64,000 bases of DNA, from the NCBI GenBank assembly GCA_977020255.1, contig CDROCS010000572.1:186001-250000 (forward strand), written 5' to 3'. A program made the translations under genes and the position numbers. Below are positions 15,301-30,300 of the stretch, one piece after another. Every line of letters begins with the position of its first letter. The stretch's first letter is position 1. The stretch is from Obrimoposthia wandeli (Eukaryota). The notes beneath the pieces were generated by a model. The model saw only the letters and a list, made by a program, of their open reading frames with translations, did not search any database and was not told the DNA's origin.

Positions 15301-18300
15301 GAAATTTTTTATATATATATTCTAATTTTCTGGTAATTTTAAGTGTGCAGTAAGTTGCTACTTTTCTGTATGTTAATTTACTTTACTAGTTAAAAATGAT
15401 CAATTTAGGTTGAAAACTGAATTGGAACAGTTAGAGAGGGTAATCAAATTAGACGAATAAGATTCAAAAAGATTGCAGAAAAATCAAACAATTCCTATAT
15501 AATTTTGCTTGATATTATTATTTTATTGTTTATTATTTTAATTTATTATTTGTTACTTTTTTTAGTTTTCACACAGTGAGGGTTTTAAGGATTCGTTTTA
15601 AAAATTGTTTCTATTTACATTTTAACAATAAGTTGTTAAATAAAATAAAATACTTAGCATAATACAAAACTATCGCTACGCTCTCTTGCAATTCAAAATT
15701 ATATCTCGTATGGTAAAGTACTACTTTATGTTACATTAATGAAATAATCAAAAACAAATTTGTATTATACAAACAATCTAAAATATAAAATTATTAAAGC
15801 ATATGAGAAATATAAATCACTGTCCTTTTAAATACATAGTTCAAGTTCTCAAAAAAAAATCTTGTAGTGATGTATGTAACTCACCTGGAATCCGGGAGGT
15901 CCTCCTTCTCCGGATGGACCAACCTCCCCAGATCGACCGGACGCTCCTCGGCCCCCTCTTAGGCCATGGTCACCCTTGTTTCCTTGACCACCAAAGTCAC
16001 CTTTGTGACCCTTGCTACCAGGGATACCAGACATGCCCACCTGACCTGGCTGACCCTGGAGAAACAGATAAGTGATAGTTTAGCTTTTCGGGAACTAAAG
16101 AATAACAAATGAAAGTAGTTGAATTCTTGGTTATTTAAAAGTTGTCTCTTCTTCACTTTCCCAATATATTTGTCATTTTCCTAAAATCAAAAGCGTGCAC
16201 CGGGGGGTGGACTTCGGGGACCAAAATATTTTGATTCTACAATATTTGATTAATTTCTCTAATATGCACATAACTCACAAAGTAATATATTTAATCATTT
16301 TACTTAGGAATGAAATTAAGATAACAAATACCAATATGGAGTAAAATGGTATAATTGTTAAGTTGGAGTACCACACCCCTTTACGAATTAAATTATTAAA
16401 ACATGAGATAAAGTAGGAAAAACATTATTAGTTCTTCAAGCTTATGAAATATCTGAATTATTAGTATTCCCAGTAGTTATAATTTGAATCATGTACGTTT
16501 TTATTTTAATGTCAAATAAATTGTTCTACTGTCATCAAATAATATTCTAATAAATTTATGTCTAATTAGACTGCGTAACAAATACTAACTTTCCTTTTAT
16601 TCCCTTCGACAAAATAGTATATGTTAGTCTAAATGTGTTAACTTATTCAAAAAATGTCATGAAATCATTTCCTGTTGTCTGGATTTTGAGATATTGACAT
16701 GGGCGGAAAACTAATGACGATTTGACATTGGTATATGAAACAGTATATTTAGTTATAACAGTTAATTACTAGGTCATATCTGTTACGAAAGCATGAAATA
16801 CTTGTAGTTATTTCAAATTGATTCCATTGTTACTAATTTAGGCCAAGTATTTCAGCTTGTTGTTTAGAAATATGACTTAATAAAAGTAATGAATCTTTCT
16901 AAACAACAAGCTGAAATACTTGGCCTAAATTAGTAACAATGGAATCAATTTGAAATAACTACAAGTATATTTCAGCTTATTGTTTAGAAAGATTCATTAC
17001 TTTTATTAAGTCATATTTCTGACTCTGGCTTATTAATAAAGGTTCTCTTGACATAAGAATTTCATAATCTGTTCAATTAACATTTTCCATAATAATCTCG
17101 GCAGTATCTCACTCCGAAATAAAAAAATCTCAATTACAGTAATGATTTAATTAAATAAGAATAAAAATATAAATCATAATTTAATTTTTTGGACGTGATG
17201 GTAGATTAAAATTATTTTTACCATAATTAGGTGTCAAACTGTCCATAAAAAGCTTATTTTCATGTTTCGCTATGTTATAACTAATAATAATGATTTTGTT
17301 TAAAAATAAGTTTGTCTACTGTCTGAGGGTTCTGAGGGACAAAAAATCCTGCAATGTGAAAAGATACTCTAAAAATGCAGTTTGGTAGAATGAAAATCCA
17401 TTCTATTATAGCTGTACATAACCAAACTCCAAAAAATATAATTATGTCAAATAAAAGAAAGATATAAATTGATTTCGAAATATAATTTCATTCTCAAATA
17501 GTATTTTACTTATATAATCCAAATTTTCAATTATTTATTCTTATCTCAATGTGTATTTGAAGTAAACAGAAATTGGCATTTCATATTAAAGGGAATATTT
17601 GATTAAGATAAAATTTCAAGGTCCTGGAAAATTTTATTTTGGGAAATTCATAATTCAATAGTCTTTGTATTTTGATTGACTTTTTTAATGAATTTATCTA
17701 CAAAGTTAAAAATCTAATAGAGAGATTGAGAAATTGAAAAACTTTTATTTATGAAAATAATATACATAAAGCTTTACTCTATTTATCTTATAAGCTAATA
17801 TATTATTCAATATTTAGAATAAGTAACTAAACCTCCTATTTTAGTTATATGAAATATTAATTTTCAAATTCGTTAATTTAAAATTAATTCATTAAAAATT
17901 TCTACTTTTGTTATTTTCTATTTTATTCGTTTTACACAAAAGAACATTTTAATAGAAATACCGAATTTTAAAAGTCAAACAAAGCATATTATTTTTAAGA
18001 AATCAAATTAAATATAAAAATAACTAAAAATATTTTTTTAGAAATTATTAAAATTAATTATAATTTTCTCTACGGTGACTCTCTTCATTCACCGTTGCTT
18101 GTAAACAGAGAGGAACATTTTGAATTACTTTGGTCAATATTGCAGGTGGAATAAGCTCTGTACTTGGAGGTCAGGTATATATTGTTTAACTGAGTTTTCT
18201 GTGTGCAGGACTATTATCTTGTTGGTAAACTGCAAATGAGAGACAATTCTTAAGAAAGCACAATGTGTATGGCCAAGATTGAGATTGAAAATATATAAAA

Positions 18301-21300
18301 TCGTTGAAACCTTTTATATGCAAATTTTATTGATCAACGGTGTACAGATACTGAAAACCAAAAATACGTTCAATGTATAGATTTTTGGCTGTTACATCAT
18401 CGTTCAAAATGACGGTCTTGAAAACGGAAACTGGTAAATATCAGGTAAATAAAGAATGTTAGAAAGTCATAGCCATAGTATACAATACAATAATACAATG
18501 CCAAGACATTTTAAACATGTATAAAACAATCCAAAATGTTACCTAACACTCAGTTTGCTTGAATAGAGAATATGGTGACTGCTAAATAAGCATACGACTC
18601 TCAAAATTCCAGTTCCATAAGTTGGATGACAAGGAACAACTTTCTAGTGCTTCCACAACTCAATGAAGTCACGATGTAGCGATTCTGATGCTAAGCCACT
18701 CTTTTGGTAGTCACAGAACTCGGCAATGTTAGAAAAAACTGCGCGAACTTTTGAAGTTACACAAATTCCTAACTCCATATATGCACTCCTAAAAATGTGG
18801 ATTCTCTTCTGATAACCAGCATGTATATTTATTACGAAGCAGGATTCAATGACTCCATCCAGATGGTCAGATAGCTTTCAGTAGATCAACTCGTTTCAAA
18901 AGTCGACTAGCATTATTTCCTGTGAAACAACCATCGTGTATTTTCTCTCTTTCGCCGTTGCATTGTTCAGGTCAAGAGTCTACATCAGTCCAATTTTTTC
19001 AGCCCAATGCACCTGTCATTTACTGGACCAGTGAGTAGATCCAATTCGGTGGTGAAATTTAACCAATCGCTGGTTGTCTGAATGTCCACTTATGACAGAA
19101 AAATTACCGACAGGAATTTCACCCAAAGAACTCATTGCCTTTTAACCATTTTTTGAGATTATGTTTGTCAGAGCAACACTAGCTATATGGATGCCATGGA
19201 TGCCACCAAACCAAGCAACATATTGCACAACTTGAGATAGATAGCAATGGCAAACAGTCTTGTGAGTAAGTGAATATCTAGCTAAATCCAAATTTACTTT
19301 ACTTTTTTTATATTTTCCCTTTATATCAGGTACTACAGCCAATATAAAAGTACGTTTCATTCCAGAATCTTTGAATCTTGATAATAAGCAGAAATAATTG
19401 ACTTTATTTTAGATATCTCCCCAGTTTCATTGTCAGTTTCAAAAACATGTTTACCTTCGTGGGTCTTCCAGCTCCATCGATGCCAAAACGAATAATTAAA
19501 TGAGGGTTTTCATCAATGTTTCTTCTTCCAATAACTTCTTCAATCAGTTGTTCAATTTGTTTAAAAAAACGGATAGCTTTCGGCTCTTTGTCATAAAAAT
19601 AACACATACTCTTTCTACAAAGACTATTTTTGTATTCAACATTATGATAATTAGTGGTATTTAAAATGCAATTGTTCGAATTTGCAGCATAAAAACTATT
19701 TGAATGACAATTTTTACATAAAATGACTTTTGTTTTCGGCATTTAATTCAAACTTACTGCATGTTCGGTTGTGTTATCTAGAACAGGGATCTTCAAAAGG
19801 TAGTACCTTAAATTCTTTAAGATAAATTGTGTTAAATTCTCAACCTAGATATATATATATAAACCAGGTTATTGTGAAAAAATGTTAATTAATTATCTGG
19901 TAGAGTTGATATGAAGAAAATTATGTATTTGTTATTTTGCATGTATGCTTTTTATATAACATTGCCTCTTTTTTTGTTAGGGGGGTATGCACAATTATGT
20001 GATCTTTACTAACTGTTATTTGCACAAAATTAAGACTCTTGATTAGAAATGTAATAGAAGATTATGTAATGCAAATAGTATTTCAATTTTAAATATAACA
20101 TTACTAAGAGAACTTCAACCCAAAAAACACAATAAACTTACTTTAGCTCCCGTCAAACCTGGACTTCCTCTTTCACCGTCGGATCCTGATCTTCCCTGTA
20201 TAGAAGATATAAGCTGTTACTGGTATCTTATAAATTGGAAAATAAACAAACTACACTGTTTAGATGTTTAGTATTAAAAGTTTACTTTGAACATATTTTT
20301 CAAATCAAGAAATATAATTAAAATTTAATTAAATATTAATGTTAGACATTTAAAATATTTTAACTTTTAATTCATTTCATTATTTATACCCTTTTGTTTA
20401 ATCTAATTACTAAAAAAAATACATTTTTTCTGCAAATACAAAACAATTATTTTTTGTAATTATATTTTTTACAACTTATTTAACTATTGGTCGTCAAAAT
20501 GTACCAAAAAAACATATTTATAATTCAAAGACTGAAGATTGATAAAGAAGATGAGAGAATAGAGTCAATGTTCAATGAAACGGCGAGTTTGTTAAATATT
20601 TATGTAAATTTGGCCATCAAATGAGCCAAAAATAAACAAATTTAAGCATATCTTGGTTTAAATTAACTAAGAATTATACTTTCAATTAAAAGTTATGGTT
20701 CAACATTACAAAAAAGTCGGAAAAAGTAAACAGAAGCAAGATTAAGACAATTTGTAATTTAAACGTCACAATAATATATTTAATATAGCGCTAATATCTA
20801 ATGGATCTACAATTTATTACTCAAAAGCGCTTTCAGTTTTCAATTATTCGTAATACTTTTCCGAATATTTTTTCGTGAATTCTTCATCATTGTTACAGTT
20901 TACTATATTCATATGTAATTTGTCGTTTCTAAGATCCATATACATGCTCACGGCACCAGGCTCGAGAAGATCATATAAATATTTGGGCTTTTATGAGTTA
21001 ATATAGTTTTCAGTAATAAGTAGGATCTTGAATTTAATTATGGTACTGATCCAAAGCCAATGAAGCTACATTAAATGTTCACTTGTACCAGGACTTTTCC
21101 TTAATTTGGAATTTAAATTTGACGGCTTTATTTAAAATTTTCTGTTAACAATTTAATTGATAAGTTTGAATATTAAACAGTAAGGAATTTGAAAATCAAG
21201 TCTTTATATATTACTTAGTGCGTTCGATAAATAATGAGACAACAAGGTTTATTAGAAAAAAAAAGAATATATTAATAAAGATATTATAAGTAGTCTCCTG

Positions 21301-24300
21301 ATACTGTTAGAACACCATTTAAATCATCTAATAATTTATCATATTGATGAATAATTTGTAGGTATCTCTTTCAAAGCATGAAAAAGTAAATTTTTTAATT
21401 CATCCAAATCATCAACATTTATATGATTTCTTTTGGATTCTAATAAGCTAAAGAGCCACCTATCCAATAAATTGAAGTCAGGCGAATGTAGAGATTGTTT
21501 CCATAGCTGCACATGTTTATTTTTCAAAAAAATCCAAAGTTTTGTTTGAGACATGGGCTCTGGCATTATCTTAATTAAAACTGTACTTTTCCATGCTAAT
21601 GGCATAGTTTCATGACAAACTTGTTATGCATCAATTGTAAAGAATGCATATACGAATCACTGTCAACTGTTGATGACTTAATATCTACAAAGCATCTACC
21701 TGTAAAGGTTACAGCAATTATAGCCATAAATTTCTTATCATTCATGACGCATTGAACAACTTTACCCTTTCCTTTGACATCTTTGCATCACACTTTTTAG
21801 TTCTGCTTATTCCAATACAGCGTAAATAAAACCACTTCTCATCAATAAATACAACATTCTCTAAATTTTCAGGTTGAAATTTATTCAGCCAATCATTAGC
21901 ACATTCTATTCTCTGTTCCTTTTAATTTTCAGTTAAAGCATGATGAACCCATTTCGAGCACAAACATTTCAAGCCTAACTTCTTATGCAGGATGGAATGA
22001 ATTGTGCCAACACTAAGATCTGTTTCAAAGACCAATTCACGAATTGATATACGACTATTTTCCACAATTAATCCATTAACTTTGGCCACGTTAGCTGGGA
22101 TATTCGCAATTGGAGGTCTTTCTGATTGATGAGCATCGTCAAAAGATTTCCGCTTGCCTTGTTCTAAGTTCTTAAAGGTACGGAAAACAGTAGCATGTGA
22201 AGGTGCTTTTTCTTTCCACAACTCTACTAGCATATCATAAATTTCGGTTTTACTTCTTCCAATTCTTCGCATAGTTTCAATAAAAAATCTGTAATTTTCT
22301 TTCCCACATTCCATTTCCTTTTTACACATTATCTATAGTTATAAAAATAAACTTAACTGTTCAATGAAACTATTAATAATAATAATATTATATATTTAAA
22401 TAGTTCGATATATATATTTAATATTATCACCTTTAAAAAACAAATCCAAGGTTGTGAAAAAAATTATAGCGATTGTCTCAATATTTATTGAACACACTGA
22501 GTAATTGCATGAGTTAACATTGTAGTTATCTCAGTAGTAAGGTATTTTCTTAATAGATAAATCTGTATATATGACTGTTGTATGTAGCAACCAATGTTCT
22601 TTATTTTAGTTTTTAAATGAATAATATTTTCTCTGAAATGTATGAAAATGTTTGTTTTCTTCTATATATCAATCTTACAAGGAAACGTACTTTAAGTGTC
22701 ATAAAAATTAGGAGCAATTTGTATAAAAATTATGAAATGAATTCTACATTTAAAAGTAATTTCATTATCTACTAGTTTTCAGTATATAAAAAGTTATTGA
22801 AAGAAATATTTATGTGATAAATTTATAAATATGTTTAAATATATTAAATTATAGAAACACTAACGTGATTATATTAATAAATACCAAATAAAAATTAATT
22901 TAATTAAATATTAAATTGTTATTGGTTTAAAATAAAACCTTACCAAATTCCTATTGGATTTTAAAATTCGCAACACTATTTCAACTAGTGCGCTTAAATT
23001 TTTGGATTTAAATTATTTCAATTAAACCAAATCATAAAATTTATTTTATAAAAATTTAATACATATAACTTGTTATTATAAATAAATAGCAGCTAAAACT
23101 ACATTTTTAATATTTCAATATATTATGTTTATCATATACTAAAATTTCACTGAGTTCTTTTTATGACCGTGCAAAACGTTTCCTTGTTAGATTCAAATAA
23201 TATAGCATCAGTTTTATTTTCATTCATATTCAATTGGTTTGATTTTATCCATATAGCTATTTGATTAATAAGATTTTCCACTTCAGAAAATATGATTTCA
23301 TGTTCATTGGAATCAAAATAATGTTTGGTATCGTCAGTATAAGGGTGAAATGAATATTATATTTTTTAATAATCACCATGATGGACACATCATAAATTGA
23401 AAATATGATTAAATAAAGAATCCAACCTTAGGAACACCGCATTTTAATTATTCAGGATCTGAGACAGTGTCATTTATTATAATAGCTTGCTTGCGCAAAA
23501 GTAAATAACTTTTTTAACCAATTCAGCTCTTTTTCATTGATTCCCATATTTTACAAATATTTTAATAATATTTCACGAATAACAGTGTCAAATGCTGCAG
23601 ATAGATCATAAGTACACATTTTCTATTTTAAAGGATCTTTCAATAGAAAACAGAAGTTTGAAATGAGTCTAAAATATGATAGATTTGTTTTATCTCCATA
23701 TTTGACTTTAAGTAATGGTTTTATTAATGTGAATTTTCACTTCCAGGGAATTCGCTTAAAGCAGTTATTTTGTGCTAAAAGGATCAAACTAAGCTAATTT
23801 ATTTATCAAATAAATATAAAGTAAACACAATTTGCTTCAAGCTGGATAACAAAAATCATGAGGAAAGAATCTATTTTTCTGATGAAATGAGATTAAATTT
23901 AGAGGATCCAGACTCTTGGATGAGTTATGTAACCCAACATTAACATTATTTCCGACAAAAAAGCAAATGTAAAGGTATTAGCTTAGTTAATGTGTCTACC
24001 CAATTGTTTATTAAGATATCAAATATTAAATGAAAACATATTCAATTAAAATCCTAAAGGAATGTTGTCTACCATTTCTGTATACCAATATGGAAAGAGC
24101 TATTACATTTCAAGAAGAAAATGCTGTTGCACATGCAAGTAATATGGTTAAATTGTTTCACAAAAATCAAAATTTCCAAGAACTTTAATGTTCGGCAATG
24201 AGTCCTGATATATATCTATTCATATATTGCCAAGCACTGTATACGGGGCAGATTATCCTTGCAAAATATAATGAAAAACTCTTTATCTCATCAAAGCATA

Positions 24301-27300
24301 AAACTTTAAAATCGCATTATCATCACATAGGGTTTTTTCTAAGATCTTTTTATTTGCAAAATGGTCGATAAGTTATGTATATTCATGTTTACTAGACATC
24401 ATCCAGCTGTAGTACCATTTTCGTTTGAAATAGTCAGTAGGCCTGATAACTTTTCATCGGTCTTTGCGGCCTTTAGATGTGTTAATGGTCTTTAGTTTAC
24501 TGAAACTCAGTTCCGCACTTGATACAGTAACACAGAGATTTGGGTAGTCATCGCTTCATAGTTGATCACGGACTGTTAACTTCTCATATGACTGTCGGAT
24601 GAAATGATGTACCCAAATCATTGTATTCCAATTTCCAGTTCGATCGAGTGGGTATCTTCTACAGTATTACAGTATAACAACAGATGTAACAACTTCTAAT
24701 CTTGCAAGAAATTCGGCAAAATGATAGATAAATGACACTGTTTTTGAGAATCAATAAAACACTTTTCCTGTAATTTTTGGCCGTTTGGAAGTGGTTGCTT
24801 TCAAGTAATTAACCTTTCTTACGCTTTTACAATCGACTTTCGTGGGGTTTCAACAACTTACTTTACATTGCTATCTACTAGCTGATAATGCTTATTGAAA
24901 CTGAAGCTTATTTATATTCCCAAATTCCTGCCAAATGGCAATCATAATATTGATTGGCTATCTATGAATTAATATGTAAAATGAACAGTCAATTGCAAAG
25001 TTACAGTATCATAAACTTGGCACGACTAATGTCGCCCGAGCATCTTAGTATTGATCAAACTATTAATTCGATAAGGTATCATTAATGCATTCAATAATAA
25101 TTATATATCTTTTTTCTGTTCCGTAATAAAAGCGTTTTTTCTTATTAAACTTATTGCTACATTTTGTTTGTGAAAGAGAGATTGATGCCATGCTTAGCTG
25201 GCATTTCTCTCTGCAAAATGTTTGAGGAGAGTGCAAAATTTATTTTTTCTAACTAACCTTTTCAGTTGGTCTTTCTGATTATTGATTTCTTTCGGTTATT
25301 GATCCGATTATCGTAGCATTGTTTACATTCTCTCCCAATTTCTCGCCTATGTTTTTGCCTCAACTCGTCTATTTGAAGGTTGTTTGTTGGTGTATTTTAT
25401 GAACTGCTTAAACAAGATAATTACACAACCAACAGATGTGTCGAGTAGTTTTGTACCGAACACCTGTTATGAGCAATGTCTTCAATTTAATCGTACCAAA
25501 CAACACTGGCTTCTCCAATTTTCCAAATTTTCCATCACTAACAATGCAGTCAAAAAAAAGCAAATTTAATAGAAAAAATGGATGATGAGATAATGAAAAT
25601 TGATTATCCCTAAATAAATATTATCATTAGCCTATATGGTAAAATTCGGGGCAGATTGACAAAATTACTGTTGAAAATTGATAGTATATTCAATAAATAA
25701 ATTGTTACCTAAGTAATTTGATTATATTTATTAGACAAAAAATATGTCGTTTTGAATATTGTACTAAATTACGAAAATGTTATTTTGATACTTATTAAAA
25801 GACAACTATACCCATTTAAAATAACTGCGACAGATACTTTTATTTAAAACATTATTAAAAATTATGCAAACTTTAATTAATGGATTTTGAAATATTTTGA
25901 CACTTCTGAATGCGTCTTTATTTGTTTGTCACACAACACAATGTATATTTTATTAGTTAATTTTCAAGAAACTTCAAAGTGTAGATAGCATCAGTGTTGA
26001 GGACCACTAATAACGACATATTTTGTCCAAAATTGGAAAGAGCTTATGCAAATCTTAAAACGGAACAAATGTACTATTTGATTGATTAATTGACATTCTG
26101 TTGCAACTTTGCAACTGTTTATTTTGCATAAACTTCTACAGGAACAAGGGTCTATAATTGACAGAGGTTCTTGGATAGAGTTGTTCTGTTTCTAGAATAA
26201 ATAATACTCAAATTTAACATAGCATAACGTATATTTAATATAGCAACGATTAATAATAATTTTAAAATATCTTTCTCAAAGACTCAAAATGAAAAAAAAA
26301 CCCTAATTTTAGTATATTTTATAATGTTTTTTCCTTATTGGGATGCTCGATGATTCGAAACAAAAGCTCTATCATCATTAACTTTAACATAAATCATCCC
26401 TAACGGTCCAACGAATGCCATATTTAAATTTGAACTCATTCTGAGTTTCCGGTCTTTGCTTTGCTATACATTATATTTAAAAAGTTAAAAAGAAAAATAA
26501 TTGTTTTAACAATCGATGATAAATTTAAATTATGAGTGGAAATCAAAATTGGTTGCAGTTATGGATAAAATTCTGAAAAATACGGAGTTGGGTGCAGTGA
26601 ATTTTTTAATATAAAAGCTTCTTCAAAAAAGCTGAAAATATACAATCGTGATCAGCAGAAAAGAGGAAAGTGCTTATCGACTTTAAGCTATGAATGCCTG
26701 CTCTTTTGAAAAACTGGATGTCGCCCTATACATTTGGTTACGTCAACTTAGGAAGAAGAATATACTCTCAATAAAGCAATAATTTCTGAAACAGAAGTGG
26801 TATAGTTCAAAAATTATTTTTCAATGAAGTTCAATGCAAGTTCCGGATTCCTTACAAAATAACGCTACGCCACACGCCTCTAGAAAGACAAAAAATAATT
26901 TCGAGATCAATAAATAGTCAATAGCTAAATCTGCAGACATAATTTTTTAGAAAATGTTTGGAGAGAATTAACAGTGTATTAATGCCACTTTGGTTTACCA
27001 TGACTTAAAATCTTTAGAAGATGCAATGAGTGGCACAATTTGAACTATTCCTGTTTTAAATCTTCATTTGGATCATTCAAAATACTTAGAAAACTATTAT
27101 TAAAATGGTAATACTGTTTAATAATAAGTGTATTTTAACATGTTTCACACTCTAATTTCGACAAAAGAAACGATTTTAATAATAATTAATTACTAAAGGT
27201 CATTAAATATTAAGGATAAAATAGTGAAAATGAGTGATACTAAAGTTAAGATATGTGCACAAATTTACTAATATCTGACGATTTACAGTTTTTTGATAAC

Positions 27301-30300
27301 ATCGTTTCTTTTCGCGAGTTTTAAACGTTGACTACTTGACTACTTTTTTAGATTTTTGAATTTTTTAAATAATTGAGATCGTAGTTTCTCAACTGTTTAA
27401 ACAAAGCTCTCATAAGTATTTTATGATAGTGATAATTTTAAATAAATTCTTCTACAAATAAAATTGAATTATCTATCTAATAATATTTCTCTATTTTATT
27501 TGCTTTTATTTGCTTTTATTCTTGTTCATTCCAAATAATTTGTATATATTTTTTATAGAAATTTTACATTGAATAGTGCAATGGACAAAAAAGAAGAAAG
27601 AAAATAAGTTCGAAAAAATCAAAAAAATTGTATTTAGCACCAAAATCTGCAAATATTAGGCAACCACTAACGGTTTTAAATTATGGCCATTATATTTTTC
27701 TAAGGATATAAAATAAAAACTTGAATGATTACTTATTCCACATATCAGACAAAATAGAATACAGTCTGCTCTCGTTTATCCCACTGTTGTCGTTTCCGAA
27801 GAATTATAATGATTTAAATTAAAAACTCATCTGTAACAGTAGTATCTCTATTGCAAACATCACAAAACATGCAGCACATTTTCAAGATTTGCACAAGCTG
27901 ACTTTCTTTCTCTAGTATGATTGTTAGTTCTTTTAAAATATCACTTGTCGGTAAACCAATATTGATTACAAATTTGTATGAAATGTATTCTTTAACGTGC
28001 AATCTTGTTCCTGTTTTATTTTTGAAATTTCGATACATTTTCTCCTATTTTCATTATAAAAGTTTAAATTCAGAAATAATAAAATCAACAAAAAAATAAA
28101 ATCTTTTGTGAATGACAAATTAATACGTATAATCAATAACTATATAATTATGTTTGTCACGATAAAACGAATAAAAAATGTATTAGTCGCATCATCGAAT
28201 AATCAGACAAACAAGTATTAATCGTTATAGCTAAAACAATGGCCTAAAATGATGACGGATAATCGAGAGTGACAGATAGATAAAGTCGGATTAAGGAGAG
28301 AAGACTGCATACCAATTTAATCCAATTGAGGTCAAAACTAGAATATGTCAAATTTCGATTAAACCCTGAAGCCAGACGGTAACATTTGAAAAATAAAAGC
28401 TTAACCGTTCCACATATTTTCAAACACTTTTGTATTCGCTTTTCAATGAATAATTCGCCATGTCAGACGCAGCTGTACTAAACTTTAAACTATGTAATTA
28501 AATGACTACAATAAATCTACATTTAAATATAAAAATCCTGATAAAATTAATCGATCCAACGACAATATGATCCTCAGATTAATTTAAATTGTTATTCATT
28601 AAAGCCATTGTATGGTTTTAATTTTAAAAAGTGGTGTATAAATTCTGGAACACCCTGTTTAATACATTTAACTGTTTTATTCTACTCTGATACTCACCTG
28701 TGGACCGCCAAGACCCCTGGAACCTCTGAGACCACGAGGTCCAGTGAATCCTGCGTCACCGGGTAATCCAGGGTCGCCCTTGGAGCCGGTGTATCCATTG
28801 GGTCCTTGCAATCCCGGGAGCCCCGACATACCCTGAGGGCCGGCACTGCCCTTGAACAGCGACTGCAAGGTTGTCACCACAGTAGTCAACAGTCAAGCCT
28901 TAATAGATTAAATCGGCGTCGTTCCGTTATCTTTGAGTTAACTAAACTTCAGAGAAATATTTATGGCATTCTAAAATTTTAAATTAGAAGCAAAAAGAAT
29001 CCCATTTGTATGAAAAAGATTTATTTGAAAACGAATTTTGTGTTACGTAAATGGATATATTATTATTGGTATATTTTCCTTTGTAGAATGAAACAATACG
29101 AGATATAGAAAACTATAAAAAGATGATGTTAATAGTTTGACATCCGAAAAAATTCTTTAGATTTCAAAGAATGTGGCTATATCTCAATTGAAATTTTCGG
29201 TAAATATTACGATTTCATTCATGTCTTATTGTTATTATTTCTTGAAATATTTAATTGAAATATTTAATTGAAAAATTGTTTCGTATTTTTTAAGTTATAT
29301 TTTTTTCATTGAGCTCATGATATTCAAATCATCTGTGCTGCTTTATACGAAAATTTTGTAAAAAATCAACAAAATTGGACACATTTTTTAATTCTATCTG
29401 TTTGATGGTGTCAGAAAGGTATTAAATAATATAATTATCAAAACCAGGATCTTCGATAAATTCCGATATAAATGATTGGGATATAGAAGAAATATTCAAA
29501 AATGTTCCCTTCTGTAGTTAATAGAAACAGTCCTTTTTTGCTCCATGACAATGCTAGGCCATAAATTTATAAAATGACTTGCTCAAAACTGAATATCTTT
29601 GGTTACGAAGTTATTTCACATCCACAATTTTCTCAAGACGTATCACTATCAGATTATCGTATTTTCAGGCATCTGAGTCCCACTTGAAGGAAGGTTTTCA
29701 AGAACTTTGATGACGTGTTCTTTGATGGGTTCTTTGACACATAAAATTAAGAATTTATGAATCTAGGTTTTAAAAAGTAGGTACAACGATGGAAACAGGG
29801 AATCGACGCAAATGGGTGCTATTTTGATTAATTAATATTTGATATTGTGTTATAAATGTATTGATTTAATTTGTTTAAAATATCGGGCATTTCATATTGG
29901 ATTACATCAGGGGTGCCCAAAGTGGGTTCCATACACAAAATCAGGGGTTCTGCGAGCCAAAATTTAATAAAAAACAAATTTATCTCCACCTACCAGGACA
30001 TAGGCTCACTATAACTACTTAACAAATAATTCATTAGTTTAACTTTAAATGTTTTATTCATTTTTCAATATAAATCTGTTCTATTTTTATTCTTCACTTT
30101 ATGATATGAAGTATTTTTAAATAGGTAGGGTTTATTTAATATTTTATAATAATACCAAGAGGTTCTGCGGCTAACAACGTTTGGGAACCCCTGATCACCA
30201 TAATATTTAAGAAAAATGTCGAAAAAGTTTATATTTAAATTTGAACAATAATATTTAACCCAACAAAACTCAGATAAAATTTATGATTACAAATGTGTTT

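Noticed and set aside
8-16075. Many Pro-rich plus-strand ORFs (e.g. 2120-2650, 6114-6386, 10321-10632, 14236-14529)
   Set aside because: They are antisense shadows of Gly-X-Y exons (GGN read as NCC) and have no independent coding signal.
24040-24870. Possible second LINE fragment
   Set aside because: No unambiguous RT or endonuclease motif readable in any frame.
25150-25600. Possible piggyBac C-terminal Cys-rich remnant ([10 protein letters not shown]...)
   Set aside because: Too degenerate; no TTAA-bounded termini or catalytic motif could be confirmed.
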